The notes under the pieces: generated by a model
What the model saw: only the letters and a program-made list of their open reading frames with translations
What the model was told of the DNA's origin: nothing
The model's database searches: none
Shown here: positions 10,644 to 19,974 of the stretch, one piece after another
Layout: every line of letters starts with the position of its first letter
How positions within the stretch are numbered: the stretch's first letter is position 1
IMG/VR virus record: IMGVR_UViG_3300025121_000023
Coordinates: 1-64,000 of that record
Origin: a virus
Direction: 5' to 3' (one strand)
Length of the DNA stretch: 64,000 bases
Program-made: the position numbers and the translations under genes

Positions 10644-10967
10644 TTAATCAAAGAAATCTTTTCTACGATCTATTACTTCTAATCTATCAACATACTTTTT
10701 AAGAATATCACCATGACAAAGTTCATTAGGGGTTGTATTAGTTTTACAAACACATCCAAGACGTTTATATTTTAATTCAGACAAAGAATTTAATAAATCT
10801 TCATTATTTAGCAAATATTTTTCAAATAATACTATTGCTTGTTTTCTATTATCCACTTTAAATTGTGCAAGTGTATTTTCTTTATGTGAATATGGATTAG
10901 ACCATTTTGAAGGACGGGTTATATCAATATCATATGAATCAGTATATTTATTTACAACTTCACACAT
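10644..10967 (-). CDS. DUF4326-like protein
   Basis: ITRPSKWSNPY...LGCVC...CHGDIL. Confidence 0.8.
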   Translation of the reverse strand: MCEVVNKYTDSYDIDITRPSKWSNPYSHKENTLAQFKVDNRKQAIVLFEKYLLNNEDLLNSLSELKYKRLGCVCKTNTTPNELCHGDILKKYVDRLEVIDRRKDFFD

Positions 10968-10968
10968 T

Positions 10969-11337
10969 TTATTTTGAACTACTTTGTACCGATTTTTGAA
11001 CTAAAATAATATATTCCAAGAATGTTATAGGTATTTTGGATTCTTTAAAATTATCATCATACTTTAGAAGAAATAAATTACCTTCTTCGTCAATATCAGC
11101 AATAACATCATTACCATTTATATGATTTCTAAAATTAAGATTACCTGTACCGTTACTATATGTTTTTATTTCTAAATTTTCAATCATTCGAAATTTATCT
11201 TTTAATAAATTACCAATAATTTTTTCTTTTTCATATTTATCCTTTTTTTCTTTTTCTTTTTCTTTTTCCTTACTTAAAAAAAAGTTTAGTGGTTCATAAT
11301 AACCATTATCAAATGATCCTTCCCATATTTGTGACAT
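10969..11337 (-). CDS. hypothetical protein
   Basis: 122 aa ORF. Confidence 0.55.
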   Translation of the reverse strand: MSQIWEGSFDNGYYEPLNFFLSKEKEKEKEKKDKYEKEKIIGNLLKDKFRMIENLEIKTYSNGTGNLNFRNHINGNDVIADIDEEGNLFLLKYDDNFKESKIPITFLEYIILVQKSVQSSSK

Positions 11338-11373
11338 AATTTCTATTTTATATATTTTAAATAATTTGTAGTA

Positions 11374-11751
11374 TTAATGTTTTTCAATCATAAATGTATA
11401 AGCCCAATTTTGTTTATAATCACACACCGGACAAACCCAACCATCTTTTGTTGCTATTAATGCTGTGCTATTAAAAGGTGTTTCTGGATAATTAATACCC
11501 CTTGCTATTTCTTTTTTCAAATATTCATCATAGTTTTCTCCTTTATGTTTTTTTTCAAACTCGAATTTTATATGAATATCATCACCTTGGTTTTGACAAG
11601 TAAACTCGTGAAATTTTCCACTAACTTGATAATTATTTAAATTCTTAACTTGTTCATCAGTAAATGGTGATTTAATATATTTTCCTATATTATCTTTAAC
11701 TCTCAAAATTTGATTATATTTTTCGAGAGTTGACTTTGATTTTGTATTCAT
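11374..11751 (-). CDS. hypothetical zinc-ribbon protein
   Basis: HEFTC...GWVCPVCDYKQNWA. Confidence 0.6.
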   Translation of the reverse strand: MNTKSKSTLEKYNQILRVKDNIGKYIKSPFTDEQVKNLNNYQVSGKFHEFTCQNQGDDIHIKFEFEKKHKGENYDEYLKKEIARGINYPETPFNSTALIATKDGWVCPVCDYKQNWAYTFMIEKH

Positions 11752-11831
11752 AATCAGGTATTTAATTATTTAAGTTTATATATAATAGTTATAAAACATT
11801 AAAACGATTTTATAACAAAGTATAAATTCAA

Positions 11832-12005
11832 TTAAAAATTATATTTAACTATTCTACTTTTTAAGAACTTCGTGATTTTCCTTGAACAAAATAATTGTTC
11901 AAACCAGTTTAGTTCCATTATAAACTTTTCAGCATCTATATACCTTTCCGTAAGTTGTTCCATTTTGTTCAATGAAAATTCTGCAATATTTTTTGTATTT
12001 TCCAT
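11832..12005 (-). CDS. small protein encoded inside the loop of attC-like hairpin 1
   Basis: ATG at 12005 just inside the right arm; stop lies in the left arm. Confidence 0.6.
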   Translation of the reverse strand: MENTKNIAEFSLNKMEQLTERYIDAEKFIMELNWFEQLFCSRKITKFLKSRIVKYNF

Positions 12006-12049
12006 ATTATAATTTTTAACTAAATTTATACTCAACCGTTATAGGGCAT

Positions 12050-12232
12050 TTAATCCCACGGATTCTCACCAGTAATTTCGACAAACACATCCTTTAATTG
12101 CTTTACTTTTTCGGGCAAAGCAATACTAAGTTGTTCAACGTGCATTTGTGGTGGCAACGGCATCTTTAATGAGTGTGCAAGGTTGTCAAGCGAATCAATC
12201 AACTGACCAAGTGTTTCAAATTTATCTTCCAT
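12050..12232 (-). CDS. small cassette protein (MEDKFETL...)
   Basis: ATG at 12232; lies wholly between GTTATAGGGC and GCCCTATAAC. Confidence 0.65.
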   Translation of the reverse strand: MEDKFETLGQLIDSLDNLAHSLKMPLPPQMHVEQLSIALPEKVKQLKDVFVEITGENPWD

Positions 12233-12381
12233 TGTAATTAAAATAAACGCCCTATAACAACAAGTATAGCAAAGCAGGGGCGTGTTCTGTATGCTATCTG
12301 AGTGCATCTAATTTACTTCATCACGGCTCGACAGGTTAGCACTCTAAATCCCTGCCTTGCTATACTTGCAGCCGTTAGCAA

Positions 12382-12651
12382 CTATAATTTGCTTTTAAAT
12401 TCATCTACTAATTTAGTTTTGTACTCATCAGTAAATTTCATCTCGAATTTATCGGCATACCAAGTAATAAAAGCAAATAACAGTTCACTTCGTTTGCTAA
12501 CACATTGTATATCCAAATTTTTAACAAAAGTTAGTATGTTATTTTCAATTCCTAGCGTTTCACAAACTCTGTCATAAGCATCTGCCTTTGGTCGAACTTC
12601 TGTAATTAATTTTATCAGTTCTTTCTTTTTTAATTGTTCTAATGTTTTCAT
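12382..12651 (-). CDS. cassette-junction protein (...DIQC|VSKRSELL...)
   Basis: starts in a hairpin loop and reads through arm and GTT (Val) junction. Confidence 0.7.
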   Translation of the reverse strand: MKTLEQLKKKELIKLITEVRPKADAYDRVCETLGIENNILTFVKNLDIQCVSKRSELLFAFITWYADKFEMKFTDEYKTKLVDEFKSKL

Positions 12652-12693
12652 CTCTTTTATTTTTTGTTAAAAATCAGTATATACAATCATACG

Positions 12694-12951
12694 TTAGCGG
12701 TCATTGCCGTAACACTCTTGTTTATATTGTTCCAATTTATCATACAGTACTTTAAATTGTGGTTGACCGTTATCAATTAGCCAATCAATAAAATGGTAAG
12801 TTGGGTTTATATATTTGCGAATTTTATCACCCATTGTATCAGGCAACGAACCGCTAACACCCAATAAATCCAATAAAAGCTTTCGTGCTTTATTGTCAGT
12901 TATAGTGCCTTGTTCAAGGTCTTGTGCTATTTTTGAAAGTTCTGTTTTCAT
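12694..12951 (-). CDS. cassette-junction protein (...DLLG|VSGSL...)
   Basis: starts in a hairpin loop, reads through GTT junction, stop TAA is part of the next TAAC core. Confidence 0.7.
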   Translation of the reverse strand: MKTELSKIAQDLEQGTITDNKARKLLLDLLGVSGSLPDTMGDKIRKYINPTYHFIDWLIDNGQPQFKVLYDKLEQYKQECYGNDR

Positions 12952-12992
12952 AATCTTTTACTGTGTTTATTTTTAAAGTTAGAAGTAATAAA

Positions 12993-13277
12993 TCAAACTA
13001 CCATAGTGAAACTATCAGAAATCCAATTATCACCAACATATATTTCACTATCGAGTCCGTCAAATTCAACAATATTCGTACAGGTATAAATTTTATCTTC
13101 TTCCCAAAATTTACTATCTCTCATAATTTGTGTTGGTAATTTGACTTTGAATTTCTGACTTATTTTCGTAACCTTACCGTTTAATTTACTACTTCTAATA
13201 TCAGATATACTCAAGTTTTCTTGATATTCATTGAAACTTTGTATGTATTTATTATCTTTATTCTTCAACGTATTCAT
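12993..13277 (-). CDS. cassette-junction protein with KYIQSFNE leader (...ENLSISD|IRSS...)
   Basis: junction ATTAGAAGTA pairs with TACTTCTAAC on the minus strand at 12987-12978. Confidence 0.65.
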   Translation of the reverse strand: MNTLKNKDNKYIQSFNEYQENLSISDIRSSKLNGKVTKISQKFKVKLPTQIMRDSKFWEEDKIYTCTNIVEFDGLDSEIYVGDNWISDSFTMVV

Positions 13278-13279
13278 TT

Positions 13280-13969
13280 TTATTTAAAACCAAAATAGAA
13301 TTTAGGAATAACTTCTATTTTTAATCCTTTAAAATAGTCATTTCTAAATTCTTCAATTATTTTTTCATCTTGTGTTGCAAATACATAAAAACCATTTAGA
13401 AATATTTGAATTTTATCCTGATATTTATTCTTTAACGTTTCAATTAATTTATTAAATACGTATGTTGTATCATCTAATATTTCAGTAGTTTCTTTATCAA
13501 ATTTAACTTCTGGATATATTTTTATTACATCACCTATAAAAGTAGGATTAATAATAACGCCTTTAATTGTTTCAAAATAATCGTGGAATAAAGTTAGAAA
13601 TAATATTGTATTATCATTATAAGCTCTTATATTATGTATCACAAATCCTGGTTTATATCTAGTAATTATTTGATTTCTAACATAATTTATAATTTCATCT
13701 TTATTATAAATATGTTTAACAAAAACAGATATATTTAATAATTCTTTATAATTATGTTTATTAGGAATGATATCATTTAATAATAATGATAATTTTGTTT
13801 TTTCATTATCTGTAAATTTTTTTTCTTTATCAAATTCACCTTTTTTAATAATTTTATTCATAAGAACTTCGGCATCAATATTTGTAAGTTCGGGTTTAAT
13901 TCCTAACTTAGTCTCCATCATTTTTCTTATATTTTGATTTATTTGATATTTTTTTGTTGATTCATACAT
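13280..13969 (-). CDS. hypothetical protein
   Basis: 229 aa ORF. Confidence 0.65.
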   Translation of the reverse strand: MYESTKKYQINQNIRKMMETKLGIKPELTNIDAEVLMNKIIKKGEFDKEKKFTDNEKTKLSLLLNDIIPNKHNYKELLNISVFVKHIYNKDEIINYVRNQIITRYKPGFVIHNIRAYNDNTILFLTLFHDYFETIKGVIINPTFIGDVIKIYPEVKFDKETTEILDDTTYVFNKLIETLKNKYQDKIQIFLNGFYVFATQDEKIIEEFRNDYFKGLKIEVIPKFYFGFK

Positions 13970-13981
13970 ATTATTAAAATA

Positions 13982-14347
13982 TTACTCATTATTTGAATTT
14001 TTATAATTTTTTAAAAAATCCTTTTTATCTTTTGATAATTTTTCTAAACCGACTTTATTTATTTCATTTAATATATCATCTATATTATATTTAGGTGATT
14101 TATCAATTGTAATAGGATTTCGAATTAGTCTATGTTTTTTTGTAGTACTTTTAATTGTATTATCTGAAACTTTTCTATATATCTGTCTAAGTTGATCTTC
14201 ATTTAAATGTTTACTCATTTTAGATATTATAGATGTTCTTGATTTTACAGAAATCTTTAATTTTTTAATTTCATCTCTATTTTTTAATATAAAATAGCCC
14301 ATAACAAATATTACAATTATTATTAATGTTAATAACAAATTTTCCAT
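13982..14347 (-). CDS. single-TM protein with DUF6576-like C-terminus
   Basis: N-terminal TM; IDDILNEINKVGLEKLSKDKKDFL. Confidence 0.6.
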   Translation of the reverse strand: MENLLLTLIIIVIFVMGYFILKNRDEIKKLKISVKSRTSIISKMSKHLNEDQLRQIYRKVSDNTIKSTTKKHRLIRNPITIDKSPKYNIDDILNEINKVGLEKLSKDKKDFLKNYKNSNNE

Positions 14348-14354
14348 TTTTAAA

Positions 14355-15203
14355 TTATTTATAAATTACTATTTGTTTTTCAGTTGGTTTAACCATTTCA
14401 ACAGGAATGAATACATCAAACCCATTATCATCTTCAAGATGATTAATATTTTCGGGGAATGTATATCTAAATTTATCTATCATATATACAAAGTTATTTC
14501 CATTCCATACTGCTACTTGTGCATTTCTACATTTACCATAATAATATTGTCCAGTTATTAAATCATTTTTCCTAATTATTCCTTTATTAAATAATTCTTT
14601 ATATAATTCACCAGGTATTGGTCTAGGTAATTTAATATTATGAACAGTTTCTTTATCAAATTTTTCTATATTATTATATGTAATTTCAAAATATTTTTCA
14701 TTTGTATTTGTGATATTTTCTAACTCTTCCCACATTTCACCATATTTTCCATTATAAAGTTTTTCTTTAAATAAAGGAAATTCTTTTTTATACATTTTAA
14801 ACATATTATAATTCCCATATGTTTTACTATATATCATATTAGATATTCTATCACATATTTTAACAAAGATAGCATAATCACATTCTTTTATTCCTTCGTA
14901 ATATTTATTATTGGATCTTTCTGATCTGTTTTTTCCTTTTTCATTGCTAACTCTATAAATTATATCAGCAATTTTTACTCCTAGTACCTGTTTTACACCA
15001 TTATAATTAACAGTTGGATCTTCAATTAAATCATGTCCCCAACATGCTTTAATAATAATATCGTGATATTCTTTTGGAATTAAATATAAATATTTTTTAG
15101 CAATTTTAACAACACCTTGTAAATGAACAATATAAGGCAATTCATCATATTTTTGATTAATATCAATATGCTTTTGTATAATCCATTTAATTTTATCATC
15201 CAT
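14355..15203 (-). CDS. HD-domain hydrolase (RelA/SpoT HD, Mesh1-like) fused to a phage domain
   Basis: PYIVHL, GHDLIED, VKICDRISN; separate C-terminal GKCRNA...HLEDDNGFDVF domain. Confidence 0.8.
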   Translation of the reverse strand: MDDKIKWIIQKHIDINQKYDELPYIVHLQGVVKIAKKYLYLIPKEYHDIIIKACWGHDLIEDPTVNYNGVKQVLGVKIADIIYRVSNEKGKNRSERSNNKYYEGIKECDYAIFVKICDRISNMIYSKTYGNYNMFKMYKKEFPLFKEKLYNGKYGEMWEELENITNTNEKYFEITYNNIEKFDKETVHNIKLPRPIPGELYKELFNKGIIRKNDLITGQYYYGKCRNAQVAVWNGNNFVYMIDKFRYTFPENINHLEDDNGFDVFIPVEMVKPTEKQIVIYK

Positions 15204-15237
15204 AATTTATCACTTTAATTATTGTTCATGTGATATT

Positions 15238-16197
15238 TTAAATACCTGTATTAGTTATTTTTTGTTTTGGTACAAATAACATTTTCTGTTGTTTTTTATA
15301 AGAAAAATCATTAAATCCGAAATTAGGATTCCTACCTTCATTAAATTTTCTAGTTGATTTAATACTTTCCCAATCTATTTTTACGAAAGCATCAGTCAAA
15401 TCTATAAGAAATTCTAAGTCTTGACATTCTGCATCAGAATGTGCTTTAAAATAACCAACAGAAATATTTGTACATTCATTAATACGGTCATCAAGAATAC
15501 GAGAATCAGTTGAACTACCAAAAGGATCAGGTGCAAACCAAAAACCAAATCGATTAAGTTTTCTACAAACTTCAGTAGCAAATTCATCAGAACAAGATCT
15601 TTTATATCTTTGGTGTGTAATAACTGAGTTATACCCCTTTCTATCCAAAGATATACATTTTGTTACATTTTTGAGGTCAGTATTTTCGAAAATACTATTA
15701 CGTAACTTTCCTGAACCAATTAAACCAACTTCTTCACCTCGAAATAAATAATATATACCAGGTTTTTTATATCTAATCATATCTAGGATAATAGCTACAC
15801 CTGCTTTATCATCAGCACCTAATGTAGTTTTACCGTCAGTTTTTACAAAATCACGAGTTTTAGAAAAAACGTGATTAACAATTTTACTTTTACCCCAATC
15901 CAATTTTAATTTTCTCATCCAATTATAACGTTTTGTAGTTAGAACTGTATCAGTATGGGCAGTAAACATTGTAGTAGGTGAAGTATTTTCTGCAGTATAA
16001 ATTACTCTATACAAGTTTCCATTATCATCGAATTTAAAATTATATTCGTTAATTAATTTTTGAATCATTAAAGGTTGTATATTAATATGTTCAGGTGAAC
16101 CGTATTTCATATTAGGATTAGATGGTGGATTATATTCAGAACCATAAGGATATGTTTTTGATGTTAACCACAAAAAATTACTTTCTACAAATTTCAT
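15238..16197 (-). CDS. M28/M20-family zinc peptidase
   Basis: AHTDTV, LGADDKAG, GEEVGLIGS, SLDRKG, TNISVGY..AH. Confidence 0.85.
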   Translation of the reverse strand: MKFVESNFLWLTSKTYPYGSEYNPPSNPNMKYGSPEHINIQPLMIQKLINEYNFKFDDNGNLYRVIYTAENTSPTTMFTAHTDTVLTTKRYNWMRKLKLDWGKSKIVNHVFSKTRDFVKTDGKTTLGADDKAGVAIILDMIRYKKPGIYYLFRGEEVGLIGSGKLRNSIFENTDLKNVTKCISLDRKGYNSVITHQRYKRSCSDEFATEVCRKLNRFGFWFAPDPFGSSTDSRILDDRINECTNISVGYFKAHSDAECQDLEFLIDLTDAFVKIDWESIKSTRKFNEGRNPNFGFNDFSYKKQQKMLFVPKQKITNTGI

Positions 16198-16226
16198 ATT
16201 ACATAAGTTTTAATTATTTACTTATA

Positions 16227-16258
16227 CAAAGATACAAATAAATTATTTATTAAACAAA
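16227..16258 (-). promoter_or_regulatory. Bacteroidota primary-sigma promoter
   Basis: TTTG-N20-TATCTTTG. Confidence 0.75.
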
Positions 16259-16287
16259 AAAAGGGTGTTAAAAATTTAACACCCTTT
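16256..16287 (-). terminator. intrinsic terminator after clpC
   Basis: AAAGGGTGTTAAA/TTTAACACCCTTT hairpin followed by U-tract on minus strand. Confidence 0.8.
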
Positions 16288-16317
16288 AAAAATACTTATT
16301 TAACGAAAAAATTAATC

Positions 16318-18747
16318 TTATGTGCTACTTTCATTAGCAGCTTCTAAACTTAATAGTTTTTGTTTTACTGAAAAATCTAATTCATCTTCAGTTTTAGATT
16401 TTGTCACTAAAATATGATCACCACTTTTGATGTCTTTAGTAATAATTCTGATGGAAATTTCATCTTGAATATATTTTTGAATTGCTCTTTTTAATGGTCT
16501 TGCTCCCATTTCAGCATCCCAACCTTTTTCAAGAATAAAATCCATTGAACTTTCATTCAATTCCATTGTAAGATTATTTTCAGATAATCTTTGATAGAAT
16601 TTACTTAATTCAATATTAATAATTGATTTAATGCTATTTTTTTCTAATGAATCGAAATATACCGTTTCATCAATTCTGTTAAGGAATTCTGGTGAAAATT
16701 TCTTTTTCAATTGTTTTTCGACAACAGCTTTAGATGAAGTTTTTTTATCAACACTAAAACCAACACCACCAATTTTTGATTCTCTTGAACCAACATTAGA
16801 AGTCATAATAATAACAGTATTTTTAAAATTAACTGTTCTACCTTTACTGTCAGTTAAAACACCATCATCAAATACTTGAAGAAGAATATTATATACATCA
16901 GTATGTGCTTTTTCTATTTCATCAAGAAGAATAATAGAATATGGTTTATTTTTAACAGCATCGGTTAATTGTCCACCTTCATCGTGTCCAATGTATCCAG
17001 GAGGTGCTCCAATTAATCTTGATACAGTATGTTTTTCCATATATTCACTCATATCGATACGTATCATATTATCTTCACTATTGAATAATAATTTTGTTAA
17101 TTCTTTAGCTAAATAAGTTTTACCAACACCAGTTGGTCCTAAGAATAAGAATGTTCCAATAGGTTTTTTAGTATCATTAAGACCTGCTTTATTTCTAAAA
17201 ATACATTTAGCAATTTTTTCAACAGCATTATCTTGTCCAACAATAACTGATTTAAGACTAGGAATCAAATTTGTAAGTTTTTCAGTATCATCATTTGAAA
17301 TATTTTCAGATGGAATACCAGTCATAACAGATATAACATTTGCTACATCTTCAACAGTTACTTCTTTCAGATTTTCTAATCTATTTTTATGAACATCATT
17401 TTTAATTTCATCGATTTCTGCTTGAATCATATCTTGTTTTTTCTTTAATTCCGCAGCTTCTTCAAATAATTGTTCTTTAACACTTGCGTCTTTTTTTGCA
17501 ATTATTTCAGAAAGTAAATTTTCTTTTTCAAGTAAATCAAAAGGAAGTCCAAGTTGAATTCTAACAGCGGCACCAACTTCATCTAAAGCATCAATTGCTT
17601 TATCAGGAAAATTACGATCAGTAATATAACGTTCAGATAATTTTAAACAAGCTTTAAGAACATCATCAGAATAACTAACCATGTGGTGTTTTTCATATTT
17701 AGGTCTTAAATTTAAAAGAATTTGATATGTTTCTTCTCTTGTAGGTTCAGATACCCTAATTTTTTGAAATCTACGATCAAGAGCACTATCTTTTTCGATT
17801 TTTTTATATTCTTTATTAGTCGTTGAACCGATACAACTAATTTCCCCCCTAGAAAGAGCTGGTTTAAGAATATTAGCAGCATCTAATGATCCACTAGCAC
17901 CACCCGCACCGACCATTGTATGAATTTCATCAATATAAAGAATTATATCATCTGATTCTTTTAATTCATCAACGATTTTTTTCATTCTTTCTTCGAATTC
18001 ACCACGATATTTAGTACCAGCAACAATAGAATTTAAATCTATTGATATAATTCTTTTATCATGTAATATATCTGGTGTTATTTTTTTAACAATGTCTTGG
18101 GCTAATCCTTCAACAATTGCTGTTTTACCAACCCCCGCTTCACCAATTAAAATTGGATTATTTTTCTTTCTACGTGAAAGAATTTGGGCAATACGTATTA
18201 ATTCTTTTTCTCTTCCAACAACAGGATCTAATTTATCATTAGCTGCTAATTCAGTTAAATCCGTGCCATACTCATCTAAAAGAGGAGTTTTAGTTTTTTT
18301 ATTAACTTTTGATTTTCCAGTTTCTTTTGGTTTTTCCATTTCAATCATTTTTAAGTAAATTTTTTCGAGTTCGTCATATCCTATGACATTAATTAATTTT
18401 GATCTTGTCATAGATAAAACTAAATGTTCAGTCCTAATGATATTAGAATTAAATTTAGTTGATTCTAATTCAGACTGTTTCATAATATTTTCAGCTTCTA
18501 ATGTTAATCTAGCTTTAATAAAATCTCTAGTATCTTCTTCAAGATCAATTTTTTTTGCATTATTAGAATATAAATCTAATAATTTTTCTTTCGCATCTTT
18601 TGTATCAATGATTTTTTTAAGTAACTTATAACCACCACTATTTTCATTTAATAATATACCTAATAATAAATGATTAGGCTCAATTATATTATTAGAGTAT
18701 TGTTTTGCAATGGTTAAAACACTTTTGAAATTTGATGAATATGCCAT
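16318..18747 (-). CDS. clpC: ATP-dependent Clp protease ATPase subunit (ClpC)
   Basis: Clp-N repeats, two AAA+ modules (GEAGVGKT, GPTGVGKT), UVR-like middle domain, VGF ClpP-docking loop, GARPLKR. Confidence 0.95.
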   Translation of the reverse strand: MAYSSNFKSVLTIAKQYSNNIIEPNHLLLGILLNENSGGYKLLKKIIDTKDAKEKLLDLYSNNAKKIDLEEDTRDFIKARLTLEAENIMKQSELESTKFNSNIIRTEHLVLSMTRSKLINVIGYDELEKIYLKMIEMEKPKETGKSKVNKKTKTPLLDEYGTDLTELAANDKLDPVVGREKELIRIAQILSRRKKNNPILIGEAGVGKTAIVEGLAQDIVKKITPDILHDKRIISIDLNSIVAGTKYRGEFEERMKKIVDELKESDDIILYIDEIHTMVGAGGASGSLDAANILKPALSRGEISCIGSTTNKEYKKIEKDSALDRRFQKIRVSEPTREETYQILLNLRPKYEKHHMVSYSDDVLKACLKLSERYITDRNFPDKAIDALDEVGAAVRIQLGLPFDLLEKENLLSEIIAKKDASVKEQLFEEAAELKKKQDMIQAEIDEIKNDVHKNRLENLKEVTVEDVANVISVMTGIPSENISNDDTEKLTNLIPSLKSVIVGQDNAVEKIAKCIFRNKAGLNDTKKPIGTFLFLGPTGVGKTYLAKELTKLLFNSEDNMIRIDMSEYMEKHTVSRLIGAPPGYIGHDEGGQLTDAVKNKPYSIILLDEIEKAHTDVYNILLQVFDDGVLTDSKGRTVNFKNTVIIMTSNVGSRESKIGGVGFSVDKKTSSKAVVEKQLKKKFSPEFLNRIDETVYFDSLEKNSIKSIINIELSKFYQRLSENNLTMELNESSMDFILEKGWDAEMGARPLKRAIQKYIQDEISIRIITKDIKSGDHILVTKSKTEDELDFSVKQKLLSLEAANESST

Positions 18748-18809
18748 ATCTTATTTTTTTTTTAATTTACTATATAATTTATATATTATTTTTTGATAAT
18801 TGTTTAAAA

Positions 18810-18850
18810 GTCAAATTTAATGCCAAATTTTAATTTTGACAATTTTGACA
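18810..18850 (-). promoter_or_regulatory. sigma54-like (-24/-12) promoter with upstream TGWCAAAAT box, clpC
   Basis: TGTCAAAATTGTCA-N10-TTGGCATTAAATTTGAC; near-identical element upstream of dnaJ. Confidence 0.6.
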
Positions 18851-18852
18851 TT

Positions 18853-19188
18853 TTAATCTTCTACTGTTGCTTCAATATTTCTTTTGTTTAATCCTTTTTT
18901 TAATTCCATCATATCTTCTCTCGAACCAGTTTTAGCAATAGCTTTTCCTTTTTCATGTGCTTCTAACATAACTTTCATAGATTCTTGATCAGATAAACCA
19001 CATATTTCATATAAAGCAACCATCACATATATCATATCATTTACATGATCATTCCAAAGAATTAATTTAGATTTACCTTCTTTTTCTGTATCAATACCCA
19101 TTTCATCTAACAACTTTGTTAAATCGTCAATTTTTGTATCGACATTATCAACTTCATTATTTATATTTTCCATTCTTTTGAAATCCAT
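18853..19188 (-). CDS. clpS: Clp adaptor ClpS
   Basis: LILWNDHVNDMIYV...MLEAHEKGKA. Confidence 0.88.
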   Translation of the reverse strand: MDFKRMENINNEVDNVDTKIDDLTKLLDEMGIDTEKEGKSKLILWNDHVNDMIYVMVALYEICGLSDQESMKVMLEAHEKGKAIAKTGSREDMMELKKGLNKRNIEATVED

Positions 19189-19224
19189 ATTTAATTTTTT
19201 ATAAAGGTAATTATTTTTTCCTAA

Positions 19225-19974
19225 TTATACAATTATTTTGAACTTTTTTTCTGAAAATTCAGATTTTCTTTTTAATCTAAAGTTGTTCATTTTTGCAAAT
19301 TGTAATTTTTCTTCATTATTACTGAAATTTTCTATACAAGTTTCACACATTCCATCATTTTTATCTCTTTCAACACTTTTATACATTTTACCACAACAAG
19401 AACATTTTTCAAATGATTTATAAGTACTTGCATTTGAATTATTATAATTTCTTGTTGTATATGTTGGCTGTTCACGTGTTGGTATTTCACTTTTTTCTAC
19501 TGTTTGCAATGTACCAGAAGGTGTAATTGGATTTGATTTTCTATTATAACAATTTTCAGCATCACTATTTATATTATTATATGTATTTTTTTGTGAACTT
19601 AAAGAATTAATACTATCAATTAATATTACATTTAAATCCTTATCAAATTTAACATATTTATCAGATATGATTTGAATTTTATTAATATCCATACTAGTTA
19701 ATGAAATAACATCAGAAACCATTGTAGGTAATTTACAAAAAATAGGTATATTAATTACACTTAATGGGACATAATTACCATTTTTTCCACTAAATGTATA
19801 TGCTCTTATATGTTCAATATTTTCGTCTAACGTATGTATATTTGTACAATAACTCATTTTATTAGATGGATTTATTTTAAAAAATGGACAAAAATTACAT
19901 TTATTCATATATAATATTCTTTTTTCTCCACTAATTTCGGTTACAATATAATGTCTACTACCTTTATCTAACAT
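19225..19974 (-). CDS. Cys-rich hypothetical protein (paralogue of 19964-20716)
   Basis: CxxC pairs, IPxxCxLP, GMCxxC, NNFRLKR. Confidence 0.7.
   Translation of the reverse strand: MLDKGSRHYIVTEISGEKRILYMNKCNFCPFFKINPSNKMSYCTNIHTLDENIEHIRAYTFSGKNGNYVPLSVINIPIFCKLPTMVSDVISLTSMDINKIQIISDKYVKFDKDLNVILIDSINSLSSQKNTYNNINSDAENCYNRKSNPITPSGTLQTVEKSEIPTREQPTYTTRNYNNSNASTYKSFEKCSCCGKMYKSVERDKNDGMCETCIENFSNNEEKLQFAKMNNFRLKRKSEFSEKKFKIIV

Larger units (their letters stand above)
11788..13199. mobile_element. integron-like cassette array (four attC-like hairpins, five self-complementary segment end pairs)
   Basis: Inverted arms 11819-11842/12009-12032, 12261-12279/12350-12368, 12504-12529/12662-12687, 12863-12879/12955-12971, each bounded by TAAC and GTTA; each GTT-start sequence is the reverse complement of the next AAC-end sequence. 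Confidence 0.75.
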
